43,764 nt of DNA from an uncultured Eubacteriales bacterium (GCA_903919045.1 CAIXGU010000254.1:1-43764), one strand, 5' to 3'. Shown: positions 9,148 through 18,834, numbered from the stretch's first letter. A program made the numbers and translations. Notes: generated by a model not told the origin, from the letters alone.

Positions 9148-10889
9148 AGCGCGTCTTCCACCCCTCCTCCCTCTTCATGAAGCTCACGGGCGTCTTCCTC
9201 GCCGTCGTGGCGATCCTGTGCGCCGTCTATCTGTATTCGTACGTCTCGAGCATGAATCTTCTGCAAAGCGAGAAGACGACGTCGCTGGCGAATGCGGGTC
9301 GCAGCCAGGTCCAGACGATCGACTGGCAGATCGCGAACGCGAAGCGCGCGATCTACAACCTCTATTCGCTGCAGGACTGGAATTCGCTCGCAATGGCGCA
9401 CGGCTACGTCCTCGACTACGACGTGCTGCAGCAGGTCAAGGCCGCCGAGGACCGGATCCGGCTGCTCGTCAACGACAGCGAGATCCCGAGCGAGGTCGTC
9501 GTCCATTTCCCTCGGTGGGGACGCAGCATCTCGGCGAACCTCGGGCTGGTCGACTACGACGCGGAGCGGTGGGAAGGCGTCTCCATGCCGCGGAACTCCG
9601 TCGGAGCCCAGATCGTGTACCGCGACGGGTCCGCCTATCTCACCACCCGCTACCAGACGGCCGGCCCGGCCCTGTACGGCGTCGACGCGGTGCTGTCCTT
9701 CGAGCGGAGCTACCAGGCGTTCGGGGATTACGCGATGATGGGGGTGCCGCTGAACAACTATCTGTACGACACGGCGAGCGGGAACCTCCTGTACCGGCAC
9801 GAGGAGTTCGGGGGCGAGGCCGATGCGTTCCTCGCGGACCGCCTGGAGGGACTGGACCTCGCGAGCGGGAACCCGGCGACGCTGCGCTTCGGCGGCGATC
9901 GCTACCTGGTGCTGTCGGCCTCCTCCTCCTACAGCCGGCTGCGGGTCGTGAACATCGTCCGCCCGTCCGACCTCATCGAGCCGTTCGCGCGGCAGACCCG
10001 GCTCGTCATCCTCTTCACCGCCCTCATGTCCCTCTCGCTCGTCCTGACCCTGGCGTACCTGAGGCACAGCATCGTCCGCCCGGTCGAACGGATGGTCCAG
10101 GCGTTCAAGCCGGTCGAGCAGGGGGACTTCTCGGTGAGCCTCGCCCCGACGTCGAACGACGAGTTCGCGACGCTGTACCGGTCCTTCAACCACATGGTGG
10201 AGAACCTGCATGTGCTGGTCAACGAGGTGTACCAGAAGGAGCTGCTGGTCCAGCGCGCTTCCCTGAAGCAGCTGCAGAGCCAGATCAGCCCGCATTTCCT
10301 GTACAACAGCCTCTATGCGCTCTCGGCCATGATCAAGATCGGGGACAACGAGAACGCCGAGCGCTTCTGCATGTACCTCTCGAACTATTTCCGGTACATC
10401 ACCCGGAGCGACGCGGACCTCGTGCCGCTGGCCGACGAATGGCGGCATGCCGAGAACTACCTGAACATCATGGCCATGCGCAGCGGCACGGTGCGGGTCG
10501 AATTCCAGGAGGAACTCCCTGCCGGCGTGCGAGACCTCCAGGTCCCGCGCCTGATCGTGCAGCCCATCGTCGAGAACGCCTTCGTCCATGGCGGCAAGAG
10601 CGTGAAGACGTTCCATCTGCGCGTCACCGCGGCCGCCGACGCCGACCGGGTCCTGATCCGCGTGGAGGACAACGGCACGGGCACGGACGACCGGCTCATC
10701 GAGGCGATGAACGACCGCCTGCAGGACCTTCTCGCGCACGAGGAGGTCACCGGCCTCATGAACATCCACCGCCGCCTCCGGATCGTGTTCGGCCCGGAGG
10801 CCGGTCTCTCCGCCAGCCGGAGCGAGCTCGGCGGCGTCTGCGTGACGGAGACGCTGGTCCGGAAGGGAGGCGACGAGGATGACCTATAG
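9144..10889 (+). CDS. YesM/LytS-type sensor histidine kinase (2 TM, HAMP, His_kinase, HATPase)
   Basis: Two hydrophobic segments, HAMP (NDEFATLYRSFNHM), H-box QSQISPHFLYNSL, QPIVENAFVHG, VEDNGTG, GLMNIHRRL. GTG start at 9144. Confidence 0.92.
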   Translation: MKRVFHPSSLFMKLTGVFLAVVAILCAVYLYSYVSSMNLLQSEKTTSLANAGRSQVQTIDWQIANAKRAIYNLYSLQDWNSLAMAHGYVLDYDVLQQVKAAEDRIRLLVNDSEIPSEVVVHFPRWGRSISANLGLVDYDAERWEGVSMPRNSVGAQIVYRDGSAYLTTRYQTAGPALYGVDAVLSFERSYQAFGDYAMMGVPLNNYLYDTASGNLLYRHEEFGGEADAFLADRLEGLDLASGNPATLRFGGDRYLVLSASSSYSRLRVVNIVRPSDLIEPFARQTRLVILFTALMSLSLVLTLAYLRHSIVRPVERMVQAFKPVEQGDFSVSLAPTSNDEFATLYRSFNHMVENLHVLVNEVYQKELLVQRASLKQLQSQISPHFLYNSLYALSAMIKIGDNENAERFCMYLSNYFRYITRSDADLVPLADEWRHAENYLNIMAMRSGTVRVEFQEELPAGVRDLQVPRLIVQPIVENAFVHGGKSVKTFHLRVTAAADADRVLIRVEDNGTGTDDRLIEAMNDRLQDLLAHEEVTGLMNIHRRLRIVFGPEAGLSASRSELGGVCVTETLVRKGGDEDDL

Positions 10890-12504
10890 GATCATGGTCG
10901 TGGACGACGAGACCGTCATCACCGACTGGGTCGCCCATCTCCTCGCGACGCGCTTCGGACCTGCGGTCGAGGTCTATCGCCACAACGACGCGTCGGCCGC
11001 CCTCCGGCAGCTCCTGACGGGCCTCTTCGACATCGCGGTCCTCGATATCAGCATGCCGGGCATCTCCGGCATCGACATCCTCCAGGAACTCGAGGCCAAG
11101 CGGATCGGCACGCGGATCATCTTCCTCACGGCGTACGGGGAATTCGAATACGCGAAGCGGGCCATCACGCCGCAGGTCGCGGCCTACATCCTCAAGGGCG
11201 AGCCGGACGAGATGCTGGAGCAGGCGGTCCGCGACGCCATGAAGCGGATCGAGGAACAGGTCGAGACCGAGAATCTCGTCCGCATCGCGCGCCGGCGGAT
11301 CGAGGCGGCGCCGACCGGGATCCGCCGCGAATACCTGGTCCGGCTCCTCCAGGGGCAGGGCGCGCCGGGTCCGGACGGGCCGCAGGTCCCGATGCTGCTG
11401 TCGCCGGAGAAGGGGACGCGGATGCTGATCTGCGCCCTGAACGGACGGGACGAGGAACCGCCGGTCCCGGGGCTCCTCCTGGAGATGGGCGCGCACATCG
11501 AGGAGGCGCTGGGACGCTCCTACGTCTTCGAGGGCGTCATGATGCAGAACGACAGCCTCGTGTGGCTGCTGCAGCCCCGCAGGGAGGAGGACGCCGGACC
11601 GGAGCCCCTCCTGGCGGTGATCGAGGGAGCGCAGACGCTCTACAGCCGGCATACAGGACACGACCTGCTGTTCGTCCATTCGAGCGCGCCGTTCCCGTTC
11701 GCCGAGACGGGACGGGTCTACCAGCAGCTGCTGCCGCTGCTCGCGTTCGGCTACGGCAAGGGACACATCGTGCTGGCCGAGGAGGACCTCCCGGAAGCGG
11801 GAGCGGCGGCGACGCCCGGGGAGGAGCGTTCCGCACCGCCGCTGCGTCGCGCGCCCATGCTGCTTTCGCTGCTCGAGCGCGGCGAACGCAAGGAGAGCCT
11901 CGAGCTGCTGGACGAGATGCTGGCGCCGTTCGGGAAGCTCCGACCCGACGGCGACCCGGCGCTCCTCGAGACCTACAGCATCGTGAGCGGCGTCCTGCTG
12001 GCCGCCCTGAACCGGACGGGCGCCTACGCCGACATCAGCCGCAGGCATCCGCTCGTCTGGCTGGGAGACCCCCATGCGTTCTCTTCGGGAGAGAAGGCCG
12101 CGGAGGCGTTCCGACGACTGGCGGGGATGCTGCTCCTGCGGACCGAGCGGAAGAAGGACGGCCGTTCCCAGGCCTGCGTCGAGAAGGCGAAGGAATACAT
12201 CGCGGCGCATCTGGACCAGGACCTGTCCCTCATCCTCCTCGCCGAGCAGGTGTTCCTCAACCCGTCGTACCTCTCCATCCTCTTCAAGAACAAGGCCGGA
12301 TGCACCGTCTCCGACTACATCAAAGGGGAGCGGCTGAAGAAGGCGGAGCAGCTCCTCGCGGAGACGAGGATCAAGATCAACGAGATCGCGCGGAGCGTCG
12401 GCTACCCGAACGCGACGTACTTCGGACGCTTCTTCAAGCAGGAGACGGGGCTCACGCCGCTCGAGTACCGCGACCGGCATGCGGTCCGGGAGGACCGGGC
12501 ATGA
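10879..12504 (+). CDS. YesN-type response regulator (REC + AraC HTH)
   Basis: VVDDE, LDISMPGISG, FLTAY. C-terminal LNPSYLSILFK...VGYPNATYFGRFFKQETGLTPLEYR. Confidence 0.93.
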   Translation: MTYRIMVVDDETVITDWVAHLLATRFGPAVEVYRHNDASAALRQLLTGLFDIAVLDISMPGISGIDILQELEAKRIGTRIIFLTAYGEFEYAKRAITPQVAAYILKGEPDEMLEQAVRDAMKRIEEQVETENLVRIARRRIEAAPTGIRREYLVRLLQGQGAPGPDGPQVPMLLSPEKGTRMLICALNGRDEEPPVPGLLLEMGAHIEEALGRSYVFEGVMMQNDSLVWLLQPRREEDAGPEPLLAVIEGAQTLYSRHTGHDLLFVHSSAPFPFAETGRVYQQLLPLLAFGYGKGHIVLAEEDLPEAGAAATPGEERSAPPLRRAPMLLSLLERGERKESLELLDEMLAPFGKLRPDGDPALLETYSIVSGVLLAALNRTGAYADISRRHPLVWLGDPHAFSSGEKAAEAFRRLAGMLLLRTERKKDGRSQACVEKAKEYIAAHLDQDLSLILLAEQVFLNPSYLSILFKNKAGCTVSDYIKGERLKKAEQLLAETRIKINEIARSVGYPNATYFGRFFKQETGLTPLEYRDRHAVREDRA

Positions 12505-13487
12505 AGCGCGTGCCGGCCGTTCTCGCCGGGATCCTGCTGATCGCCGCGCTGGCCTCCTGCGCCGCCCCGTCCGCCGCGGCGCCGACGCCCACCCCGCCGG
12601 AAGCGACGCCGACCGCCGGAACCGCCGCGCCGACCGCCCCCGGATCCCCGACCTCCCTGGCGTCGATCTACGCTGGAAGGGAGAGCCACGTCCTCGGCAC
12701 CTGGTGGTGGAACGCGGACCTGATCCGCAAGGCGGCCGACCGGAAGATCCGGCTCGATTTCCTTCAGGCGAACGGCGTGACGGAGATCTACCTCTCCTTC
12801 GGCGGCGTCGTCTGGGATTCGCAGTACCGGGACTTCATCGCCGACTGCACCGCGCGGGGCATCCGGGTCTCCGCCCTGGACGGAGACGCAGCCTGGCTGA
12901 ACGCCGAAGGGTACGCGGCCTACGAGCGCTGGCTGGCGCATGTCGCGGCATACCAGGAAGCGGCGGTCGAAGGGGAGCGATTCTACGGCATCCACCTGGA
13001 CCTCGAGCCCCTGCAGAACGCGGAATACGCCGCCGATCCGGCATCGATGGCGACCGATGTCGCCCGCATCTACGACCGGGCGCGGGCCTTCTGCGACGCG
13101 CAGGATCTCGAGTTCGCCGCCGACGTGAGCCTGTGGCTCGACGACCCCGCGCTGGGGACGCCGGATCCGCAGGACCCGGTGACCCTCGGGGAATACATCG
13201 CCCGCCGCGTGGACACGCTGGCGCTCATGGCCTACCGGGACACCGCGGCCCGTCAGTTCGCGGATGCGCAGCCGATGCTCCGGATCGCGCAGCGGACGGG
13301 CAAGGCGGTCGTCGTCGGCAGCGAGACCGGGAAGGTCGACGAGCCGGAATTCGTCACGTACTACGAGGAAGGCAAGGCCGCCCTCGTGGACCAGATGGGG
13401 AAGCTCCAGATCCTGATGGACGGAACGGGACTGCGCTATGGACTGGCCATCCATTACGTCGAGTCCTGGTTCGACCTGAAGGACTGA
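12501..13487 (+). CDS. Lipoprotein, uncharacterised putative glycoside hydrolase (paralog of 6400..7323)
   Basis: ATGA overlap with the regulator. Lipobox LASC, Pro/Thr/Ala linker, and motifs GTWWW, NGVTEIYL, RFYGIHLDLEP, MAYRDTA, SETG, AIHYVESW. Confidence 0.75.
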   Translation: MKRVPAVLAGILLIAALASCAAPSAAAPTPTPPEATPTAGTAAPTAPGSPTSLASIYAGRESHVLGTWWWNADLIRKAADRKIRLDFLQANGVTEIYLSFGGVVWDSQYRDFIADCTARGIRVSALDGDAAWLNAEGYAAYERWLAHVAAYQEAAVEGERFYGIHLDLEPLQNAEYAADPASMATDVARIYDRARAFCDAQDLEFAADVSLWLDDPALGTPDPQDPVTLGEYIARRVDTLALMAYRDTAARQFADAQPMLRIAQRTGKAVVVGSETGKVDEPEFVTYYEEGKAALVDQMGKLQILMDGTGLRYGLAIHYVESWFDLKD

Positions 13488-13495
13488 GGTGAGGC

Positions 13496-13511
13496 GCCGT
13501 CGGAAGACGGC
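13496..13511 (+). other. Intergenic stem-loop GCCGTC-GGAA-GACGGC upstream of the SBP gene
   Basis: 6-bp stem with a GNRA tetraloop and no U-tract. Confidence 0.45.
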
Positions 13512-13549
13512 ATATCGCAATCGCCAGGAGAGAGATTGAAGGAGGAATC

Positions 13550-14905
13550 ATGAAACGTCTGACTGGTCTCGTCCTCATCCTCGTCCTCGTCTTCGCAGTG
13601 GCCGCCTGCGCCCCTGCGCCGACGCCGACATCCACGCCCGTGCCCACGGCGACGCTCACGCCCGAGCCGACCTATGATTACGGCGGCCTTACGGTCCGCC
13701 TGGCCTGGGGCTGGGGTCCGCGCTTCACGGAACCGGGCGAGGACAAGGACCGCTTCGATGCCCGCGTCAAGGAAGTCGAGGAGAAGCTCAACATCAAGTT
13801 CGAGTGGAAGCAGATCGACGCCGGCGAGTTCTGGGACAACATGGTCACGAACACCCTGGCCAACAAGAGCCCCGGAACCGTCAACTTCACCTTCCCGTGG
13901 GTCTTCCCCGACTGGATCAAGGCGGGTCTGCCCGCCGACGTCAAGACCATCGCTTCGCGCGTCGGGATCGACATGGGCTCGACGGCCTGGGATCCGCTGG
14001 CCCGCGTGGCGGGAACGTACGGCGACAAGCTGTACTGCTTCGACAAGTTCCCGCTCGAGGTCAACGGCGGCTTCATCTTCAACAAGCGCCTGCTGCAGGA
14101 AGCCGGACTCAAGAGCCCGTATGACCACGTCAAGGACGGCACCTGGAACTGGGATACCCTTCGCGCCTATTCGAAGCTGCTGACCAAGGTCGACGCGGAC
14201 GGCAAGACCACGCAGTACGGCCTCTCGTCGATGTATCCCCAGTCCCTCGCCGACCTGCTGGTCCTCAGCAACGGCGGCGACCTCGTCGACAGCTCGGGCG
14301 CCACGCCGGTCGTGACCGCCGATTCCGAGCCGGTCCTCGAGGCCCTCAGCATGTACCAGCAGCTGGTCGCGGTCGACAAGAGCGTCCGCATCGGCGACCC
14401 GAACGACTGGGAGAGCAACATCAAGGCCTTCGCCAGCGGCGAGGTGGCCATGATGCTGGCCGAGCAGTGGGTCGTCGACTACATCAACACCATGAAGCCG
14501 GAGGAGTTCGGCTTCGTGTACTTCCCCAAGGGGCCGAAGGGCACCGACTATGTCTCGACGGCCGGCTACTTCATGTTCTGGATTCCCGCGAATCTCGACG
14601 AGAAGACGCAGGACGCCACGCTGCTGGCCTACAGCATGATCTTCGACAACCTCTATCCCGAGATGACCCTGACGGACTACTACAAGCAGATGGCGGAGAA
14701 GTACGTCCACGATGAGGACGGCGCCGCGATCTACGCGGACATCCAGGCCAACCAGCGCTTCAAGATGATGGCGGGCGACCGCTACGGCGTCGACAGCTGG
14801 GCGCTGTACAACCTGCTCGCCACCCTGGACAACACCCCGCAGTCCGCCGTGGCCGCGCAGAAGCCGGTCATGGAGGCCAAGATCGCCGACTTCCTCGCGA
14901 AGTAG
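13550..14905 (+). CDS. Carbohydrate ABC transporter solute-binding lipoprotein
   Basis: Lipobox VAAC, Pro/Thr linker, YDYGG, FNKRLLQEAG, GTWNWD, FGFVYFPKGP. Strong SD AAGGAGG. Confidence 0.9.
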   Translation: MKRLTGLVLILVLVFAVAACAPAPTPTSTPVPTATLTPEPTYDYGGLTVRLAWGWGPRFTEPGEDKDRFDARVKEVEEKLNIKFEWKQIDAGEFWDNMVTNTLANKSPGTVNFTFPWVFPDWIKAGLPADVKTIASRVGIDMGSTAWDPLARVAGTYGDKLYCFDKFPLEVNGGFIFNKRLLQEAGLKSPYDHVKDGTWNWDTLRAYSKLLTKVDADGKTTQYGLSSMYPQSLADLLVLSNGGDLVDSSGATPVVTADSEPVLEALSMYQQLVAVDKSVRIGDPNDWESNIKAFASGEVAMMLAEQWVVDYINTMKPEEFGFVYFPKGPKGTDYVSTAGYFMFWIPANLDEKTQDATLLAYSMIFDNLYPEMTLTDYYKQMAEKYVHDEDGAAIYADIQANQRFKMMAGDRYGVDSWALYNLLATLDNTPQSAVAAQKPVMEAKIADFLAK

Positions 14906-14927
14906 GCGGAGCAACGAATCGCCCGAA

Positions 14928-14953
14928 CCCGGCGGAGGGAGACCTCCGCCGGG
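14928..14953 (+). other. Strong intergenic stem-loop after the SBP gene (mRNA stabiliser or leaky terminator)
   Basis: CCCGGCGGAGG-GAGA-CCTCCGCCGGG: perfect 11-bp stem, GNRA loop, no poly-U tail. Confidence 0.65.
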
Positions 14954-14970
14954 GGAGGCCCGGGGGAGAG

Positions 14971-17859
14971 ATGGCAAGACGTCGTTCCGCAGCGCTGATC
15001 CTGGCCCTACTGGTCGCTTCGCTGCCGGTCCTCGCGGTCGGCGCGGATGCGGGGTACGTTCCCGGCACCGGCTCGTCCGATCCGGGCGGCGGCCTCCTCC
15101 TCTCGGCAGGAAGCGCGGACTCCCTCGTTTCCTATCGGGACTACCTCGATTTCCTCGCGGAGAACACGGCGATCCCTCCGGCCGAAGCCGACCTCCCGAT
15201 CCCGTTCGACCGGCTGGAGCAGGGCGGAGGCGTCTTCGAGACGCTTCCGGACGCCGTCCACATCGACGAGGACGGCTCGCTGACCGTCGAGGTGACCGCC
15301 CCGCGGACCGCCCTCTACGAGCTCCGGTTGACGTACATGCCCGAGCCCGGCCGGTCCGCGGCCTGCGAGCTGTCCGTCCTGGTCGGCGACGCCGTGCCCT
15401 ACCGCCAGGCGGCGACGATCCTCGCGGACCGCATCTGGAAGCCTCGGTCCGGCACGATCGAACAGGACAGCAACGGGAACGACATCCGGCCGACGGAGGT
15501 CGAGGACGCCCGCTACAGCACCCTCCGCGCCATGGACAGCACCGGCTACACGACCACGCCGCTGCTTTTCCGTCTCGAGGGAGGCGTGAACCGGATCACG
15601 ATCCACGACAACCGGGAGAGCATCCGGATCCGGGAGATCGCGCTCTGCGCCCCCGAGGCCCTCCCTTCCTACGAAGAATACATCGCGGAGCATGCGGACG
15701 CCTCCATGGCGTCCGAGAGCTGCGCTCGCATCCAGGCGGAGCATCCCGCCTGGACGAACGATCCGGTCCTCGTTCCGACCTCGGACCGGACCTCTCCTCT
15801 GACCGAGCCGTACAAGGGCTCGAAGATCAGCCTCAACACCATCGGCCAGGACGGGTGGAGCCTGACCGGGCAGACCATCGCCTGGAGCTTCGACGCCCCG
15901 CAGGACGGGCTGTACGAGATCCGCTTCAAGGCCAAGCAGAACTACACGAGGGGCACCTATTCCAGCCGCACCCTGCTGGTCGACGGCCGGATCCCCTTCG
16001 CGGAGGCCCAGTCCGTCCGGTTCACGTACAGCAGCCGCTGGCAGCGGGTCACGCTCGGGGACGGAACGGATCCGTACTTCGTCTACCTCGGCGCCGGCCG
16101 GCACGAGCTGGCCCTTCGGGTGACGCTGGGCGACCTGGGCGACGTGCTCGGCCGGGTCGATGCGTGCGCCGCGGAAGTCGGCTCGATCTACCGCAAGTTC
16201 CTGATGATCATGGGCGCGAATCCGGACACGATGCGCGACTACAAGCTCGACCGGCAGCTGCCGGACGTCTTCGTCGAGATGGCGGACCTCGCGGACCGCC
16301 TGGACGCGGTCGCCGCCGACATGGGCGCGATCACGGGCACACGGGGGACGGAGCTGCTCAGCCTCACGCGCATGGCGATGACCCTCCGCGACTTCGTGGA
16401 GAAGCCGTACGAGATCCCCGCGAAATTCGCGATCTTCACCGGCGACATGTCGTCCCTGAACGCCTGGAAGAACGACGCCGCCTATCGTCCGCTCGAGCTG
16501 GACTCCATCGACGTCGCGGCGCCGGACGCCCCGGAGGAGCGGGTGCGGCCGAGCATCTGGGAGACGATCGCCCATGGCGCGACGCTGTTCTTCTCTTCCT
16601 TCTTCGAGAACTACGACGACCTCGGCCGCACGTCGGACACCGCGAAGACGCTGACGGTCTGGTCGACGACCGGGCGGGACCAGGCGCAGGTGCTGAACCA
16701 GCTGGTCAAATCGGGCTTCCGTCCGGACCGCGACGTCAACGTGCAGATCCAGCTCGTGCGGATCGATGCGATCCTCCCGTCCACCGTCGCCGGCAACGGC
16801 CCGGATGTCATCCTGTACGCTCCCCAGCAGATGCCGGTCAATTTCGCCATCCGCGGAGCCGCCCTCGACCTGAGCCGCTTCCCCGGATTCGACGACGTCG
16901 CGGCCCAGTTCCGCGAGAGCGCCCTGACGCCGGCCCGGTTCAACGGAGGCGTCTACGGCCTTCCGGAGACCGAGACGTTCCCCATGCTCTTCTACCGCGC
17001 GGACATCCTCCGGGAGATCGGCGTCTCGGTCCCGCGGACCTGGCCGGAGGTGCTGCAGGCCATCCCCGACCTCCAGAAGAGCAACATGAGCCTGCTCCTC
17101 GAGACGGGCATCTCGAACACCGTCGACAACACCCTGGGGCTTTCCGCCTACGCGATGCTGCTCTACCAGAACGGCGGCCGGTTCTACGAAGGGGACGGGA
17201 TCCGGACGCTGCTCGACCAGGAGACCGCGATCGAGACCTTCCGGACCTGGTGCCGCCTGTACACGAACTACGGCCTGCCGACGACCTTCAATGCGGCCTA
17301 CCGGTTCCGGACGGGCGAGAGTCCTCTCGTCATCTCCGACATGAGCCTCTACAACACCCTGATGATCTCCGCTCCGGAGATCAAGGGCCTGTGGGGCATG
17401 ACCACCGTGCCCGGCACGCCGCGGAACGGGACCGTGGACCGGTCCGTCAAGACCGCGACCACCTACACGATGGCCACGAGGACCTGCGACGATCCGGACG
17501 ACGCCTGGACCTTCATCCGGTGGTGGCTGGGCGAGGACACCCAGCTCGCCTACGCCCGCGACCTGGAGAGCCTCATGGGGACGGCCGCCCGCTACATGAC
17601 CGCCAATGTCGATGCGTTCTCCCGCCTGCCCTGGGCGACGAAGGACCTCGACTCCATCCTGGAGCAGAGCCGCTGGACCGTCGGCGTCCCGGAGGTCGCG
17701 GGCGGGTACTTCCTGCCGCGCCACATCAACAACGCCTTCCGCAGCGTCGTGATCGACAAGGCCGACCCCCGGGAGGCCCTGATCTCGTATGCCAAGGTGA
17801 TCGACGAGGAGCTCCGCGAGAAGCGCCTCGAGTTCGGGCTGCCGGTCGACGGCGGCTGA
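14971..17859 (+). CDS. Large (962 aa) extracellular protein: two CBM6/35-like beta-sandwich modules, helical linker, C-terminal sugar SBP domain
   Basis: Signal peptide. Duplicated motifs VEVTAPRTALYEL...FRLEGGVNRITI and WSFDAPQDGLYEI...VYLGAGRHELAL. C-terminal SBP motifs GRDQAQ, GVYGLPET, FYRADIL, VPRTW, WGMTTVPG. Confidence 0.82.
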   Translation: MARRRSAALILALLVASLPVLAVGADAGYVPGTGSSDPGGGLLLSAGSADSLVSYRDYLDFLAENTAIPPAEADLPIPFDRLEQGGGVFETLPDAVHIDEDGSLTVEVTAPRTALYELRLTYMPEPGRSAACELSVLVGDAVPYRQAATILADRIWKPRSGTIEQDSNGNDIRPTEVEDARYSTLRAMDSTGYTTTPLLFRLEGGVNRITIHDNRESIRIREIALCAPEALPSYEEYIAEHADASMASESCARIQAEHPAWTNDPVLVPTSDRTSPLTEPYKGSKISLNTIGQDGWSLTGQTIAWSFDAPQDGLYEIRFKAKQNYTRGTYSSRTLLVDGRIPFAEAQSVRFTYSSRWQRVTLGDGTDPYFVYLGAGRHELALRVTLGDLGDVLGRVDACAAEVGSIYRKFLMIMGANPDTMRDYKLDRQLPDVFVEMADLADRLDAVAADMGAITGTRGTELLSLTRMAMTLRDFVEKPYEIPAKFAIFTGDMSSLNAWKNDAAYRPLELDSIDVAAPDAPEERVRPSIWETIAHGATLFFSSFFENYDDLGRTSDTAKTLTVWSTTGRDQAQVLNQLVKSGFRPDRDVNVQIQLVRIDAILPSTVAGNGPDVILYAPQQMPVNFAIRGAALDLSRFPGFDDVAAQFRESALTPARFNGGVYGLPETETFPMLFYRADILREIGVSVPRTWPEVLQAIPDLQKSNMSLLLETGISNTVDNTLGLSAYAMLLYQNGGRFYEGDGIRTLLDQETAIETFRTWCRLYTNYGLPTTFNAAYRFRTGESPLVISDMSLYNTLMISAPEIKGLWGMTTVPGTPRNGTVDRSVKTATTYTMATRTCDDPDDAWTFIRWWLGEDTQLAYARDLESLMGTAARYMTANVDAFSRLPWATKDLDSILEQSRWTVGVPEVAGGYFLPRHINNAFRSVVIDKADPREALISYAKVIDEELREKRLEFGLPVDGG

Positions 17860-17877
17860 CGTCCGGGAGGAGCGCGC

Positions 17878-18834
17878 ATGGAATCGAGATCCCAGAGAAG
17901 CGCCCGGCGCCTGCTGGACTGGTCCCGGTCCCGGGACCCCTGGCTGCGCCTGCTGGCCCGGGTCTGGCGGTACCGGACGGCCTATCTCTTCCTCCTGCCG
18001 TTCGCCGTCGTCTTCCTCGTCTTCACGGTGGCGCCCGTCGTCATCTCCATGCTCTACGGCTTCACGTACAACAACCTCCTCGAGCCGGCCCGCTTCATCG
18101 GATTCGCGAACTACATCAAGCTCGCCACCCACGACGACGTCTTCCTCATCGCCCTGAAGAACACCATCGTCTTCGCCGTGCTCACGGGGCCCCTCGGCTA
18201 CGTCCTCAGCTTCATGGTCGCCTGGTTCATCAACGAGCTGCCGAAGCGCATCCGGCCGCTGTTCGTCCTGATCTTCTATTCGCCGTCGATCGCCGGATCG
18301 ATCTACATCATCTTCGGGATCCTCTTCAGCGGCGATTTCTACGGGTACGTGAACGCCACCCTGATGAACTGGGGATTCATCGATCAGCCGATCAACTGGC
18401 TCGCGGACCCGAAGTACATGGCCTTCGTCGTGGTCATCTGCGTGCTGTGGACGAGCATGGGCGCCGGGTTCCTGTCCTTCGTCGCCGGCCTGCGCAGCAT
18501 GGACAGGCAGTATTTCGAGGCCAGCGCCATCGACGGCGTCCGCAACCGCTGGCAGGAGCTCTGGTACGTCACGCTCCCCCTCATGAAGCCCCAGCTGATG
18601 TTCGGGGCCATCCTGAGCATCACGGCCGCCTTCTCCATCCACGAGGTCACGATCGCGCTCATGGGATTCCCCAGCACCGAATACGCGGCGCACACCGTCG
18701 TGAACCACCTATGGGACTACGGATACCTCCGCTTCGACATGGGCTACGCGTCGGCGATCGCCACGGTGCTGTTCCTGGTCATGATCGGGTGCAACAAGGC
18801 GATCAACGCCATGCTTCGAAAGGTGGGGAAGTAG
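17878..18834 (+). CDS. Carbohydrate ABC permease (MalF/UgpA-like)
   Basis: Multiple TM segments, FIGFANY, EAA loop YFEASAIDG, MGYASAIA. Confidence 0.93.
   Translation: MESRSQRSARRLLDWSRSRDPWLRLLARVWRYRTAYLFLLPFAVVFLVFTVAPVVISMLYGFTYNNLLEPARFIGFANYIKLATHDDVFLIALKNTIVFAVLTGPLGYVLSFMVAWFINELPKRIRPLFVLIFYSPSIAGSIYIIFGILFSGDFYGYVNATLMNWGFIDQPINWLADPKYMAFVVVICVLWTSMGAGFLSFVAGLRSMDRQYFEASAIDGVRNRWQELWYVTLPLMKPQLMFGAILSITAAFSIHEVTIALMGFPSTEYAAHTVVNHLWDYGYLRFDMGYASAIATVLFLVMIGCNKAINAMLRKVGK

Noticed and set aside
12560-13675. Repetitive CCGACG/ACGCCG runs near 12560-12660 and 13610-13675 as possible DNA repeats
   Set aside because: They encode Pro/Thr/Ala lipoprotein linkers. There is no regular repeat-spacer structure, so this is not CRISPR or a VNTR.
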